A DNA stretch of 64,000 bases from positions 1-64,000 of the forward strand of contig CAVXZB010000088.1 of the NCBI GenBank assembly GCA_963765895.1, written 5' to 3'. The position numbers and the translations under genes are program-made. The notes beneath the pieces were generated by a model, which saw nothing but the letters and a program-made list of their open reading frames with translations, had not been told where the DNA came from and did not search any database. Each line of letters starts with the position of its first letter. The stretch's first letter is position 1. Source of the DNA: an uncultured Nitrososphaeraceae archaeon. GTDB lineage: Archaea > Thermoproteota > Nitrososphaeria > Nitrososphaerales > Nitrososphaeraceae. This document shows, piece by piece, positions 22,970 to 34,436 of this stretch.

Positions 22970-23599
22970 TTAATTCTAACTTCAAAAGTAACTTAAGTCT
23001 AGGAGAGTTAGTTTCCGGATATATCTTGAAATTCAGTAAAGTGTATTCCCATATCGCAAATTTTCTCTAAACGTTAACTTATATAAGTTTGGAATCATGA
23101 TTTGTTAGATATCAACGGATAGTTGTCTATTTACGTCATAAAAGCACCAAGGATTAGATGTTCATTTCCCAAGAAGGTATCATTTGTTATTGATCCTCTT
23201 ATTCATTGATTCTTTTGGTTTATTTCGACGCACCTATCCAATAGTAAATCTAGCTATATTACACCCAGTAATTCCATTTGCAGAAGCCGCTCCAAACAGC
23301 CTCGTCCGCCTTTGTTCGAGTACGTTATCTAGCTGTATAATCGTACTTTTAATATGATATTTCAGACTCATATGTCTAGCAATTACCAAATAGTCTCTAT
23401 AATTGCGTATTATGATATGCTGATTACTACCTGGAAACATTGCAACAGAGTTATTAATAGTATAAATACATACGTTACTGGCTCTATTCCTTAATAGAAT
23501 ATTTAGTGATAAATCGTATTTCCGAACTTATCTATGTACAAAGAGAATTGCTGCATATTTGAGTCAAATAGCGAATTTGTATGATACAAGTTAAGTAAA

Positions 23600-23607
23600 T
23601 TTATAAA
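23600..23607 (+). promoter_or_regulatory. Putative TATA box of spt5
   Basis: TTTATAAA preceded by purine-rich AAGTAAA, about 35 nt upstream of the ATG. Confidence 0.55.
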
Positions 23608-23642
23608 TTGCGTTAGGACTATTAATTAAGGAAATAGGAATT

Positions 23643-24299
23643 ATGAACAATTATCTTGAAAAAAGTAAACATTCTGATGATGAGGTTTTAAGTGATTTAT
23701 CTGATGTAGGAGATAGCAATAAAGAAAATCTGGAAACTATTGAGGATATCCAAACTCCTGAACAACGTGGGCAGTCACATTCACCTATGACTCATGAAGA
23801 GGTATATTCTAACGAAGATTCGAAAAGCATCTTACCAGAAGAAAAATTGAAGACAATCGAGTCAAAATTTTTTGCTATTAGAACCACTGGAGGACAGGAA
23901 CGAGTAGTAGCTAATATTCTTCAAAACAAAGTCGCCGCTAAAAAGATTGGAATCTATTCTATACTTGTGCTCGATAGTTTCAAGGGTTATATAATAATCG
24001 AAGCTCCTGATTCAATGGTAGCGTTTGAAGCATTGGCAGGTGTTAGACATGTAAGGGGACAAATTCGTGGCGAATTGCCTTTTAAAGATATAGAAGGTTA
24101 TATTGTCAAGAAACCTGTAGTAGCTGAATTAAGCGTGGATGATACCGTTGAGGTTATCGGAGGGCCTTTCAAATCAATGAAGGCCAAGATAACTAGGGTA
24201 GACTATGAAAAACAAGAGGCAACAGTAGTATTGCTCGATTCACCATACCAGATACCTGTTACAGTTGATGCAAATTATTTGAAGAAATCATCACGCTAG
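23643..24299 (+). CDS. spt5: Transcription elongation factor Spt5 (NGN + KOW) with acidic N-terminal extension
   Basis: FAIRTTGGQE, KGYIIIEA, KOW motif VEVIGGPFK. Confidence 0.96.
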   Translation: MNNYLEKSKHSDDEVLSDLSDVGDSNKENLETIEDIQTPEQRGQSHSPMTHEEVYSNEDSKSILPEEKLKTIESKFFAIRTTGGQERVVANILQNKVAAKKIGIYSILVLDSFKGYIIIEAPDSMVAFEALAGVRHVRGQIRGELPFKDIEGYIVKKPVVAELSVDDTVEVIGGPFKSMKAKITRVDYEKQEATVVLLDSPYQIPVTVDANYLKKSSR

Positions 24300-24381
24300 T
24301 CGTACCGTCAACAACACAGGTTTTTTATAGTGAGAATGATAGGTACAAATGCAAATGCACGATAATTGGTGCTACTATTGA

Positions 24382-24672
24382 GTGTTAGATAGAAGCGATA
24401 AGAAGAGACTTTTGATATATGCCGGAATTGCTCTTATCGCTAGCGGCATTATCTTAATGATCCTTCAATACAGTCTTGTATATTGGCATTCCATTGAAAT
24501 TATGCATTGGGATACCAAGACAAGAATGGTGCAGGAAGCATATACTCTACCGAATACAAGTAATGTGGAAATAGTTAGGGCGGTTAACAGTGATTCTAGT
24601 TCGGCTAGCACTAAACCCTGTTATGACGAAATAAAGATCACTATGATTTGCAGAAATGATAACCATCACTAA
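24382..24672 (+). CDS. Hypothetical single-TM protein
   Basis: Basic N-terminus followed by a hydrophobic helix. Confidence 0.55.
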   Translation: MLDRSDKKRLLIYAGIALIASGIILMILQYSLVYWHSIEIMHWDTKTRMVQEAYTLPNTSNVEIVRAVNSDSSSASTKPCYDEIKITMICRNDNHH

Positions 24673-24776
24673 TATGCCAACAACAGATTCCTGAGTATAC
24701 CGAGTCCTGTCCAAATGATATTAGTTAATCTTCACCTTATGGTGTTCTTATAATAATTATTCGTCTACACTCATTT

Positions 24777-25325
24777 CTACAACTTAGATTCCATATGGCT
24801 AATTGAGCCGACCCGAATGGGCCAGTTAAAGCCAAGGTTCCATGGTTGATTAAATAGAATTCCTACTTTCGGTGATATTATATCGATTAAGTTAATCGGT
24901 GCATCATCAATGAGGATGTCAAATTGATAAATTGCTTTTGGTGTCGCGTCGTATACGAATATAAGATCATCCGAGAAGATATCATAATAATCCAACCAGT
25001 TTGCGACATATGGCACGGTTTCTCTCTCCCGTTTTGTAAGAATAGAAATCCTATACCCCTTTTTGTGAATCTGCTTAACAATATTTGCCAAATTGGGCTC
25101 AGTCGGAGGTATCTCCTTCCAAAGATGGGTCCATACGTATACAAAAATCCCAGATATCTCCTCCGCAGATATTGGCAGAATTTTAGTAATATCCCAAGAG
25201 GTTATCTCATCCTTTGATATTTGAGTGTTATACATATTGCTATATACAGCCGTCCATATTATCATAGTGTCCGCTAGGACTGAATCGAGATCAATTGCGA
25301 GCGTTTTGGTCACACTGCTTTTCAA
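24777..25325 (-). CDS. 5'(3')-deoxyribonucleotidase-like HAD hydrolase (NT5C family)
   Basis: IDLDSVLAD, ILIDD, FNQPWN. Confidence 0.85.
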   Translation of the reverse strand: MKSSVTKTLAIDLDSVLADTMIIWTAVYSNMYNTQISKDEITSWDITKILPISAEEISGIFVYVWTHLWKEIPPTEPNLANIVKQIHKKGYRISILTKRERETVPYVANWLDYYDIFSDDLIFVYDATPKAIYQFDILIDDAPINLIDIISPKVGILFNQPWNLGFNWPIRVGSISHMESKL

Positions 25326-25602
25326 CGAGCGTGCGAGTTACATATATGTGACGATGTCAGCTACGGAAATCAGCTTAATTGATTGAGTATCTTTGATCAG
25401 ACAAATGCCCACAAAAGCTCCTGTGAGCATATGGAAAACAGTCAGATTTGAGTGTAGTGTGCTATATTATTAAATAGACGAAACTTCCACTAGGGGGCAC
25501 CTTTGGATTTATCAATACATAAAGACAAGTCCCCCTTTTTCAACTGATAATCCTTGTTAGTATAATCATTATCGAAGACATTTATATCTAGGTATAGGAT
25601 TC

Positions 25603-26097
25603 GTGGAAAATATGACTGATAAGAAATCTATAAGCGCGCTAGTAAGTGGAGGGGAGGCAAGCGCTGGACCGCCGCTTGGCCCGGCTTTAGGCCCTATTGG
25701 GGTGAATGTACTACAAGTTGTGAATGCGATTAACGAGAAGACCAAGGATTTTCCTGGCATGAAGGTTCCAGTGAAGGTGGAAGTTGATTCAGACACTAAG
25801 CAATTTAATGTTGAAGTAGGAATTCCACCCACTGCAGCCTTGATATTAAAAGAGTCCGGTATAACCAAAGGTTCTGGCACTGCAGGTACAGTGAATGCAG
25901 GAAACATCACGATGGATAGTATAATCAAAATTGCAAAAATGAAGATCGACAATTCATATGCTAGTAGCCTAAAAAATGCCGTTAAGGAAGTCATAGGTTC
26001 TTGTCTTAGTCTTGGGATCTCAATAGACGACAAAACACCTAAGGAGACCTATGCCGAAATTAAACAGGATAAGTATAAAGAGCTCTTAAGTGATTAA
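25603..26097 (+). CDS. rpl11: 50S ribosomal protein L11
   Basis: GGEASAGPPLGPALGP, GMKVPV, IPPTAALI. Confidence 0.98.
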   Translation: MENMTDKKSISALVSGGEASAGPPLGPALGPIGVNVLQVVNAINEKTKDFPGMKVPVKVEVDSDTKQFNVEVGIPPTAALILKESGITKGSGTAGTVNAGNITMDSIIKIAKMKIDNSYASSLKNAVKEVIGSCLSLGISIDDKTPKETYAEIKQDKYKELLSD

Positions 26098-26281
26098 TTA
26101 CTCTGCTACTTTGGTAATAATCCAAACTCCTGGCTGGTCATAATCGTTCATTTTGTTCTTGTCATCTGTAATGCGGCATTGATCCTGATATCCTAGATCC
26201 CGCTTCTGCCAGTTAATTTAGTAAATTTAAAATATCCCAAAGTATGCCATCTAGTCTATTAATTTTAGGTGAATATGTGAA

Positions 26282-27925
26282 ATGTCAAATCAAAATGCGG
26301 CTGGTGGAGTACCAGTATTAATACTCAAAGAGGGTGCAACTCAGACTAAGGGTAAGGATGCCCAGAAAAATAACATAACAGCGGCCAAATTAATCGCGGA
26401 AGTAGTACGGTCGAGTCTAGGTCCGAGGGGAATGGATAAGATGCTAGTAGATTCTTTGGGAGACGTAACTGTTACGAATGATGGCGCAACTATCCTGAAG
26501 GAAATTGATGTTCAACATCCTGCAGCGAAGATGATGGTCGAAGTTGCCAAATCTGTAGACAATGAGGTCGGCGACGGTACAACTTCAGCAGTCGTCCTAG
26601 CTGGAGCTCTCATAGAGAAAGCAGAGCAGCTGATATCTAAGGATGTACACCCAACTATCATCGTAGATGGTTATCGAAAAAGTGCAACCAAGGTTATTGA
26701 AATCTTTAACAATATGGCTCAGAAAGTTAGCAATAATGATAAAGAACAATTGATAAAAATTGCAAAGACATCTATGCAGACTAAATTAGTCTCCAAGGAC
26801 TCCGAGGCCCTTTCCGAATTAGTAGTGAACGCGATTTTACAAGTTTCTGATCAATCCGAGTCTGGTTTTAGAGTTGATATTGATGATGTCAAAGTAGAAA
26901 AAAAGGCTGGAGGATCGCTTCGAGATACTAGGATGATCAGGGGAATAGTCCTCGATAAAGAGGTCGTTCATGGGGGTATGCCAAAAAGAATAGAAAAAGG
27001 AAAAATTGCATTAATCAACTCTGCGCTGGAAATCGAAAAGACCGAATTTGATGCCAAGATCAATATAAGTTCGCCCGATCAAATGAAAATGTTCTTGGAA
27101 GAAGAGAACAAGATGCTAAAAGGTATGGTAGACAAAGTAATCGGGGTTGGGGCTAATGTGGTCGTATGCCAGAAAGGAATTGACGATATTGCTCAGCACT
27201 ATCTAGCTAAGGCAAATATCTTGACCGTGCGAAGAGTGAAGGAAAGTGACATGACCAAGCTATCTAGAGCTACTGGAGCAAGTATTGTAACCAATCTCGA
27301 AGATCTTACGGCTAAAGACCTTGGGTTTGCTGATGTTGTTGAAGAGCGCAAGGTTGAGACTGACAAATGGGTTTTCATAGAGGGTTGCAAGCACCCAAAA
27401 TCTGTGACTATACTGATTAGAGGCGGATCGCAAAGAGTAGTGGACGAGGCGGATAGATCCATTCATGATGCATTAATGGTTACAAAAGATGTAATTGAAA
27501 AACCATTAATAGTTGCTGGAGGCGGAGCTCCCGAAGCGTACGCAGCATCAAAAATACGAGATTGGGTAAGTACATTAACCGGTAGAGAACAACTGGCAGC
27601 AGAGAAATACGCTGAGTCACTGGAAATTATCCCGCTGACATTAGCTCAAAATGCAGGCATGGATCCAATAGATGCTATGACTGATTTACGTGCTAAACAA
27701 AGCAGGGGCTCCAAATGGACTGGAATCGATGTTAGAAGCGCGAAGATTGCGGATATATCTAAGCTTGAAATTTTGGAACCGCTTAGTGTCAAGGAACAGA
27801 TAATCAAGTCGGCCACCGAAGCGGCTTCTATGATTCTACGAATTGACGATGTCATAGCATCAAGTAAATCTGCGGGTGGGCCTCCTGGTGGCGGAATGCC
27901 TCCAGGTGGAATGGGTGAATATTAA
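26282..27925 (+). CDS. ths: Thermosome (group II chaperonin) subunit
   Basis: [26 protein letters not shown]-rich tail. Confidence 0.98.
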   Translation: MSNQNAAGGVPVLILKEGATQTKGKDAQKNNITAAKLIAEVVRSSLGPRGMDKMLVDSLGDVTVTNDGATILKEIDVQHPAAKMMVEVAKSVDNEVGDGTTSAVVLAGALIEKAEQLISKDVHPTIIVDGYRKSATKVIEIFNNMAQKVSNNDKEQLIKIAKTSMQTKLVSKDSEALSELVVNAILQVSDQSESGFRVDIDDVKVEKKAGGSLRDTRMIRGIVLDKEVVHGGMPKRIEKGKIALINSALEIEKTEFDAKINISSPDQMKMFLEEENKMLKGMVDKVIGVGANVVVCQKGIDDIAQHYLAKANILTVRRVKESDMTKLSRATGASIVTNLEDLTAKDLGFADVVEERKVETDKWVFIEGCKHPKSVTILIRGGSQRVVDEADRSIHDALMVTKDVIEKPLIVAGGGAPEAYAASKIRDWVSTLTGREQLAAEKYAESLEIIPLTLAQNAGMDPIDAMTDLRAKQSRGSKWTGIDVRSAKIADISKLEILEPLSVKEQIIKSATEAASMILRIDDVIASSKSAGGPPGGGMPPGGMGEY

Positions 27926-28256
27926 AATTCTCTTATCCCCACATATGCTTTAGATTATCTAATTATCTCTTTTTTGAAAGTGTATCATCGTATCAGATTA
28001 ATGGATCTTATACCATCCTAATTTTATCCATAACATATTGGAATGTCTGTTAAATGGAAACTGTGGGATATTATGATCATAAGATACTTCTTTAACAAGA
28101 TCTTAAATTGTGAGATTTTGTCCACTTTGAAAGAGATTTCTTATAATAAGACAAGTTTAGTTAAATATTGCAAATGTACAATACTAAACAATAGGAATAT
28201 TTTAGATTCTTCAAAAGAGTTTAATAGTTCCGAGATTATTTAAAAGACATATTATA

Positions 28257-28520
28257 ATGCCAACTGCATATGTTTTGATTAATTGCGACCTTGGTTCTGA
28301 AGAAGAAATACTCAGAGAGTTAAAAAAGCTACCGGAGATTATCGAGGTAAGTGGAGTTTATGGGGTATATGATATAATTTTGAAAATCAGATCGGACACT
28401 ATGGATAAACTGAGGGAAACGATTACGTGGCACGTTAGGAGAATAGATAAAGTTAGATCAACTTTAACGATGATAGTAATTGAAGGTCAAGGAGACAAAG
28501 GGAAAAAAACCAATGCATGA
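28257..28520 (+). CDS. Lrp/AsnC ligand-binding-domain-only protein
   Basis: AYVLIN, VYGVYDII, STLTMIV; no HTH. Confidence 0.9.
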   Translation: MPTAYVLINCDLGSEEEILRELKKLPEIIEVSGVYGVYDIILKIRSDTMDKLRETITWHVRRIDKVRSTLTMIVIEGQGDKGKKTNA

Positions 28521-29025
28521 AATATCCTAAAACCAGGGCCTAGTCTAGAACTATTCTAGCGGTAGTCATGATACATAATCAACTAAAATCAATCTTCTAA
28601 CGATCAGATTGCAATTCGTGCATTTCATTGATTACGTCCATTTGTACCTCCAATCTATGAACTTTGCTTGGAATACTTTCCGAAATTGAATGGCAGCGAC
28701 AATGGAATTGTTAAAGACTAATAACTATCTAGACTCAAAATAGGAGACTGCATAATTCTTGGATCATCATTTCATTTGTGATAATGATTGGAGTTATTTG
28801 GGATAGGATACATAATATCACGGTGCGTACTCCTTCAATTGGATTTCTTATAACATTTGTTGTTGGGCAGGCTACTACTATAGAATTACTAACATGAAAT
28901 AAATCGGATCAGACCCTAATGTGTCGGACACAGCAAAGCAGAATTCGATTTATCGAAAAAGAGTCGTTTGAAGACTTTGTGTACAATAATCCAAAGCTAA
29001 ATCATTAAAAACGCAAATCGATAAT

Positions 29026-29358
29026 TCAAACTTTGATATCGACTAACCTGAATCCTAAAAGCATAGCAATTCCGATGGTCGCAAAACCAGCTATTAAAAG
29101 ACCCCCTTGATTTTTTGGACTAATAGAATTTCCAGCTTTATATAACAGGAAAGCGCCGGCCATACCAATAAATAAAATCATTGTCGTTACAACTGTTTCA
29201 CCGATCGTCTGAATCGATCGTGTTGGAATGATAAATGTCCTCGAACTTCTCCCGGTGCCCTCGATAACAGAATTAAACAATCCGGAACCTAATGCGAAAA
29301 AGAGAACTAGGTAGACAATAGCAACTATCATTATAACCCTTTGAGCATTAAGTAACAA
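29026..29358 (-). CDS. 3-TM membrane protein, probable OSTC/DC2 (OST3/OST6-like) homolog
   Basis: GSGLFNSVIE...FI..RSIQTIGE...GMAGAFLL...LLIAGF...IKV pattern, compared from memory. Confidence 0.6.
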   Translation of the reverse strand: MLLNAQRVIMIVAIVYLVLFFALGSGLFNSVIEGTGRSSRTFIIPTRSIQTIGETVVTTMILFIGMAGAFLLYKAGNSISPKNQGGLLIAGFATIGIAMLLGFRLVDIKV

Positions 29359-29736
29359 TTTTATGCTAACCTGGATGTACGGTGTATAAAAACCTTTGGT
29401 AGACAGATTTTATTCTGTAGTTTGAGATTTAACCCTTATTACTTATCATTATTCTAGTAATTAGCGTATACATGTTGCTCAGTCATACCTGAAGGAGACT
29501 GAATCTGGTTATTTAGTGATATTTTTGAGTAAGCTAGATTAGTATGCTATATTGTAACGTACACTTTTCTGGAAACGAATACTAATTATTTTTGTTATTT
29601 CAAAATAGCACATATCCATTAATTATTAATTTTTATCTAATATTAATAACATATCAAATCAACAAGTCCATTATTTGTGATAAATCCAATATCTGAATAT
29701 AGAAACTCTTTTGTAGAGCATACTACGGTATTATGA

Positions 29737-30384
29737 TTGGTGTCGTATCCTAAGGACGTGTTTTCTAGGATGTTTGCTGGAACATCTAGTAATAATGTCG
29801 CTCAAGATTTGCTGTATCCGAAAGATGATGAAGAAAAAAATGTGGATATCGAGGAAGTGGATGATGCATTAAGAACTAATATATTTAATGTAATGTTGGG
29901 AAGAAGATCTCAGAGAAAATTTGATGAGGCTAGACTAGTTGAGGAAGCAAAAGTCGAGATGATATTCGCAGCTGCAGATACAGCCCCCACAGCAGGAGGA
30001 TTCCAAGGTTTTGAAATCTTTAATGTAAAGAAACCCGAGGTCAAAGTCAATCTTGTCGAAGCTGCTAACAAACAACCATACGTCAATGCTCCAGTCGTTC
30101 TCGTATTTTGTATGAATCCAGATAGAGTAAGAATGAATTTTCCACACGATATTCTCAGGAAATTTTCATTACAAGACGCCACATTGGCTGCAGCTTATGC
30201 GCAGCTGGCTGCGCATGCCCTGGGATTAAGCACTATCTGGATAGGTATGATTGACGAGACCAAAGTCATGGCTGCGCTCAAAACCAAATATACTCCGTCG
30301 TCGATCCTATGTATAGGATATCCTCAAAAGATTTTGCAGCCTAAACCCAAAAGAAGTCTAGTTGGCCTAATTCATGAAATTTGA
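29737..30384 (+). CDS. Nitroreductase family protein
   Basis: RRSQRKF, APTAGGFQ, LGLSTIWIG, IGYP. Confidence 0.92.
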   Translation: MVSYPKDVFSRMFAGTSSNNVAQDLLYPKDDEEKNVDIEEVDDALRTNIFNVMLGRRSQRKFDEARLVEEAKVEMIFAAADTAPTAGGFQGFEIFNVKKPEVKVNLVEAANKQPYVNAPVVLVFCMNPDRVRMNFPHDILRKFSLQDATLAAAYAQLAAHALGLSTIWIGMIDETKVMAALKTKYTPSSILCIGYPQKILQPKPKRSLVGLIHEI

Positions 30385-31086
30385 TTTCTCAAACAGCAAT
30401 CATCAATCTATTTTTACTGGACTATCTGTACTTAATCCAATGTGAGGTAATTGAAAGGAGATTATGACTGATAGATAAGAGCTCGTTTGTATAATCTCAT
30501 ATGATCCTATTCTTCAAGACTTGCTACGTATACAGTGTGGACAGACAATAATATATAATTTTGAGATCAGCTTACTTTAGTTATTGTTATTCGATCGGCT
30601 TTTTCGTGTCTCATCTATGGTTCTTTACTGCAACTATCAAATGGCTAATTCTATCAAGTTCTCCGAGAGGAGCCCAAGAAGTAGATCATATATGGTAACC
30701 TTCTTGTCCAATCATTTAACCGTCTGTAATGATAAGAATTTGCTTCCAGGAGTGACTAACAAGATTCATCACCAGATCAATTTTTTTATATGATGATGAT
30801 CAAATTAACGGTATTCGGTCATCATAAAGTTGCAACATATTTGAAAGTCTGTGCCGGGCCCTCCGCACGCAGTATTCATTTCAACATCAATAGACTCAAT
30901 ATCTGGATAGATCTATAGTGCAACGTAAGATAACTGAAGGAATATAAATCCTCTCGTGAGAATAATGATAAAATTTTGATTTCAGATCAAGCGACATTCA
31001 TTGTAGCAGTCATTGCAGTGCTTATCTCTTGTTACTTTTGCCGACGCAAGCTAGTCCCAAAATTGTCTAACTAAATTAATAAATAG

Positions 31087-31605
31087 ATGGTGCTACGTAA
31101 TATGCAATGTCTAAAAAGCAAGATAATAGGATCGATGTCAACAATTTTAATAATATTGATGTTCTTTATTTTTACCATCAATTCACAAGCTTCGTTGGTA
31201 CAGATTAATGCAGTTAGTACGCCTCAAGTTATCTCTTCGTTTGTAGATTCCTTCAAAGAACTAATAAATAAGTCACGCAATTTAACTCAGAGTTACCAAA
31301 ATGAGGCTCGGAAATTTGCTAGTGGACAGTACAACAATAAAACAATGATAGCAATTACAAACAATTATCTGCCTATATTTCAAAATCTAGTTAATGAGTC
31401 CAAAATATCGCAGACGACAGAACAATACCATAATACCTAGACCTTATATACTAAGAGTTTAGAGGCGGAGCTTCAGAGCTATCTGCATTTTCGCAACTTT
31501 TTGTCAACGGGCAATCCAACCGAAAGCGAGGCATCTACCAAGTCACTAGTGGTCGCATTTAGTTACGAAAACGAATCATTTAATGCCTTTCGATCTCGCA
31601 AGTAA
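31087..31605 (+). pseudogene. Secreted helical protein interrupted by an in-frame TAG at 31438-31440
   Basis: Signal-like N-terminus; the same frame continues TLYTKSLEAELQSYLHFRNFL...AFRSRK to TAA at 31603-31605. Confidence 0.65.
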
Positions 31606-31957
31606 GCACAGGCTCAGCGCGAATGATCAGGACTGATTGTCAAATTCGAATACTGTGAAATAGACAATTTTACTGCCATCACGGATCGATGATTAATACG
31701 CAAAATCTTGTGAAATTAGTAACACAATAATTAATACTAGGAGTCAGAGCCCCCCGACAGTATCTACTTATGTATTCAGTTGTACTCCATGTGGAGCATA
31801 TGGACGAGAAAAAATATCAGACTGGCTCTGCCTGTGACACCCGACGAATGCAACGTCGTTCGTCACTTTACTGGAACAAAGAATGCTTTAATAATTAGTA
31901 CTTCAATGGCATATCACAACCCATTTAGATAGGAAAAAAATTACTGTTTTCCTAGCC

Positions 31958-32152
31958 CTATATAATCTCAGTTCTCGATCCATCAGGATTATATCGATAT
32001 ACTTTGCCCTCAAGTTCATCCGCAGTCTTTTTATGAGAGCCATCACAAAATGGTTGATTGCCACTAAGGCCGCACATACATATCCACTTGCTCATATTGC
32101 CTAATTTGACCTCCATTGGACCCTTATCTTCTTTTCTGATTAATCTAGCCAC
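31958..32152 (-). CDS. CDGSH iron-sulfur domain protein
   Basis: WICMCGLSGNQPFCDGSH. Confidence 0.93.
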   Translation of the reverse strand: MARLIRKEDKGPMEVKLGNMSKWICMCGLSGNQPFCDGSHKKTADELEGKVYRYNPDGSRTEII

Positions 32153-32620
32153 ACTAAGACAAATGGCATACTATATTATAAATGGTTAGAAGACATTTTC
32201 GGTGAACCTTAAATCGAAGGTTGATGCTCATTAATACTCATCTATTAATTCATGAGTGACATCTATCTCTATCGTTAGAACATCTTAGTACTATTTGTAG
32301 TAACACGTCCTGCGAAAGTCTAGACTGATCCTCACATGGATTCAGGATCGATATGAGCTTTTATATCGTTAGCAGATGGATTCAGACATTAGATAAAAAT
32401 GAAATGTATGAATGATTATACAACCTCCTCCAATATTCCAAATCGTGTACAACCGACAATACCAATCTTTGTAAATATGCCGCTTTGGAATCATGACTTC
32501 AATTACCTCTCAGCTAATTAGGACTGATTATCTGCAATATGCTCAAACGCAATTCTCATCATGATGAATTTCTAGAGAGAGGTGTAAGAGTATATATACA
32601 AAACGTAAACAAACTAGTAT

Positions 32621-32827
32621 ATGTTAAGCAACAACGATGATTTTTGTGAAGTCAATGGTTGTAGCTCGCTTGCAGAAGGGTTTAGAATTTCTGTTAGAGG
32701 ACTAGGTGGGGGATTTCATGATATGAAGCTTTGTGTTAAGCACAAGCAATTGTTTATTGATGAGCTAGTCAAATGGATAATGACTGAAGGGGTCAATCTA
32801 TATAAAAGTAAAGTAGTTATGGAATAA
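32621..32827 (+). CDS. Small putative zinc-binding protein
   Basis: CEVNGC...LCVKH; TATA-like TATATATA upstream. Confidence 0.55.
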   Translation: MLSNNDDFCEVNGCSSLAEGFRISVRGLGGGFHDMKLCVKHKQLFIDELVKWIMTEGVNLYKSKVVME

Positions 32828-33170
32828 AAGTAGAATGATTTGTTAGACTCTTTAAAAAGAGATTTGATGCCGCAGACAAGGAAGAGTCAGGCAAGTCCAT
32901 CAGCAAAGACCTTCTTACTGAACCAATCAATCATTAGCTAGACCATTGATTAAATATAAAACATTTTATGATTCTATCAAGAGTGCACTCTATTGGACTA
33001 GTTGAATACTGAGAGCCACAATTTAACTTGTTCTTCGAATTAAACTTATTATTTCGATTTTATAAAGTCTATCTTCTCCGTAAATCTTAACACATTTGTA
33101 GTACATTGACATCTATGCTTGGTTACTGTTTGAGTAATGATTTAAATCACCTAGTGATGAAGAGCTTTTT

Positions 33171-33287
33171 ATGGCCGAAGCCGAAAGAGAAGAGATAAAG
33201 GACGAAACTCACGCGCTAGAGGACGATGAACAGGATGAGGAACATAGTGATGACGAGGAAGAATCTAGTGATGCAGACACAGATTAG
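33171..33287 (+). CDS. 38-aa hyper-acidic microprotein
   Basis: MAEAEREEIKDETHALEDDEQDEEHSDDEEESSDADTD; TTTAAAT about 30 nt upstream. Confidence 0.55.
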   Translation: MAEAEREEIKDETHALEDDEQDEEHSDDEEESSDADTD

Positions 33288-33711
33288 TTGGCTGGCAGAT
33301 TCCAAAATTATAGTACTATCGCTTGTACAGTTAACCAAGATCTCGTTTTATACGTCGCCTACTCTTCGTCTAGTTTATGTCTAGGGGCAATCGAATTTCC
33401 TTGTGATGAATTAAATATAATGACTCGTGGTCTAGGGTTCGACGTAATTTTGTGATTCTAACCAAATTATATTCCTAGTAATGAATTTACTAAATCTATC
33501 TATCTATCCATCTCCCAATATAAGAGAATATATCAGGTGGTCGAAGAAAAAATTTCGTAATGTAAAGTGCATAAGGAGTGGCTTCATATGATGCTGCTGG
33601 TCCGAGCTGAAACGAATCAAAGTTCGAGAAGACATCCTAAATTGATAATTTAGCAGAACAAAACATACCAAATGAGGAAGATACATAATCTAGATTTATG
33701 AAATTCAACCT

Positions 33712-33938
33712 ATGAGATCGTATGACTCAGGTAAATCTCTATCAATTATTGGAGTACTTACGTTGGTTTCGTGTATGATTTTTCTCCTTCAGAGTAAATC
33801 CGTTGTTGGCCCAGCTCATCCTTTATGTACCGTAACCCAGAATGGACAGAAAATGGATCTATCATAATTGTGATGGGCGTAATTGTCTTTGCGATTGGAC
33901 TTCTAATGAATTACTCCAGGGCAGACCGCAAAGCCTAA
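33712..33938 (+). CDS. Small two-TM membrane protein, broken by a -1 indel near 33813
   Basis: TM1...QSKSVVGP in one frame, then SSFMYRNPEW...TM2 in the next frame. Confidence 0.55.
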
Positions 33939-34157
33939 AACAAACTAAAATTCCACTCATGAACTGAGATATTGTAACGTCTTAATCCCCCGTAACGAAA
34001 TCAGAATAAGTTCGACATGAAAGCAGGGAACATAACAAATAACTATAGAGGGAAGATTAATTTGAATCAGCAATTCAACCCAATATCTGGTCGGTACAAA
34101 TCATTCAGCAAGGGCCACTTTGTTCTATGATTCTAGGCCTGATTTCTTTATACTAGA

Positions 34158-34436
34158 ATGAAGATTTTAATCATGGATAGTCACTTTGGAAAATCTGAGA
34201 GAAGAATAATAATGATGACAACGCTAGTAATGTTACATTTGAAACTCGATTTGACTGTAAATCTAGGAGACGGTTACATTTATGAATCTGCATATTTCGG
34301 CTCAAAGCCATTCAAAGTAAATATTCAAGAAGCACTGGAGAATAAGCTAATTCTTCCAAGTGAATTACAAATAGAATCAAATCTGGGCTATGTTTTGTTT
34401 GAGACTGAGAAAAAAAGAAGTAAGAGTGCAATGTAA
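34158..34436 (+). CDS. Hypothetical protein or gene remnant
   Basis: 92-aa ORF with no recognisable motif. Confidence 0.3.
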   Translation: MKILIMDSHFGKSERRIIMMTTLVMLHLKLDLTVNLGDGYIYESAYFGSKPFKVNIQEALENKLILPSELQIESNLGYVLFETEKKRSKSAM

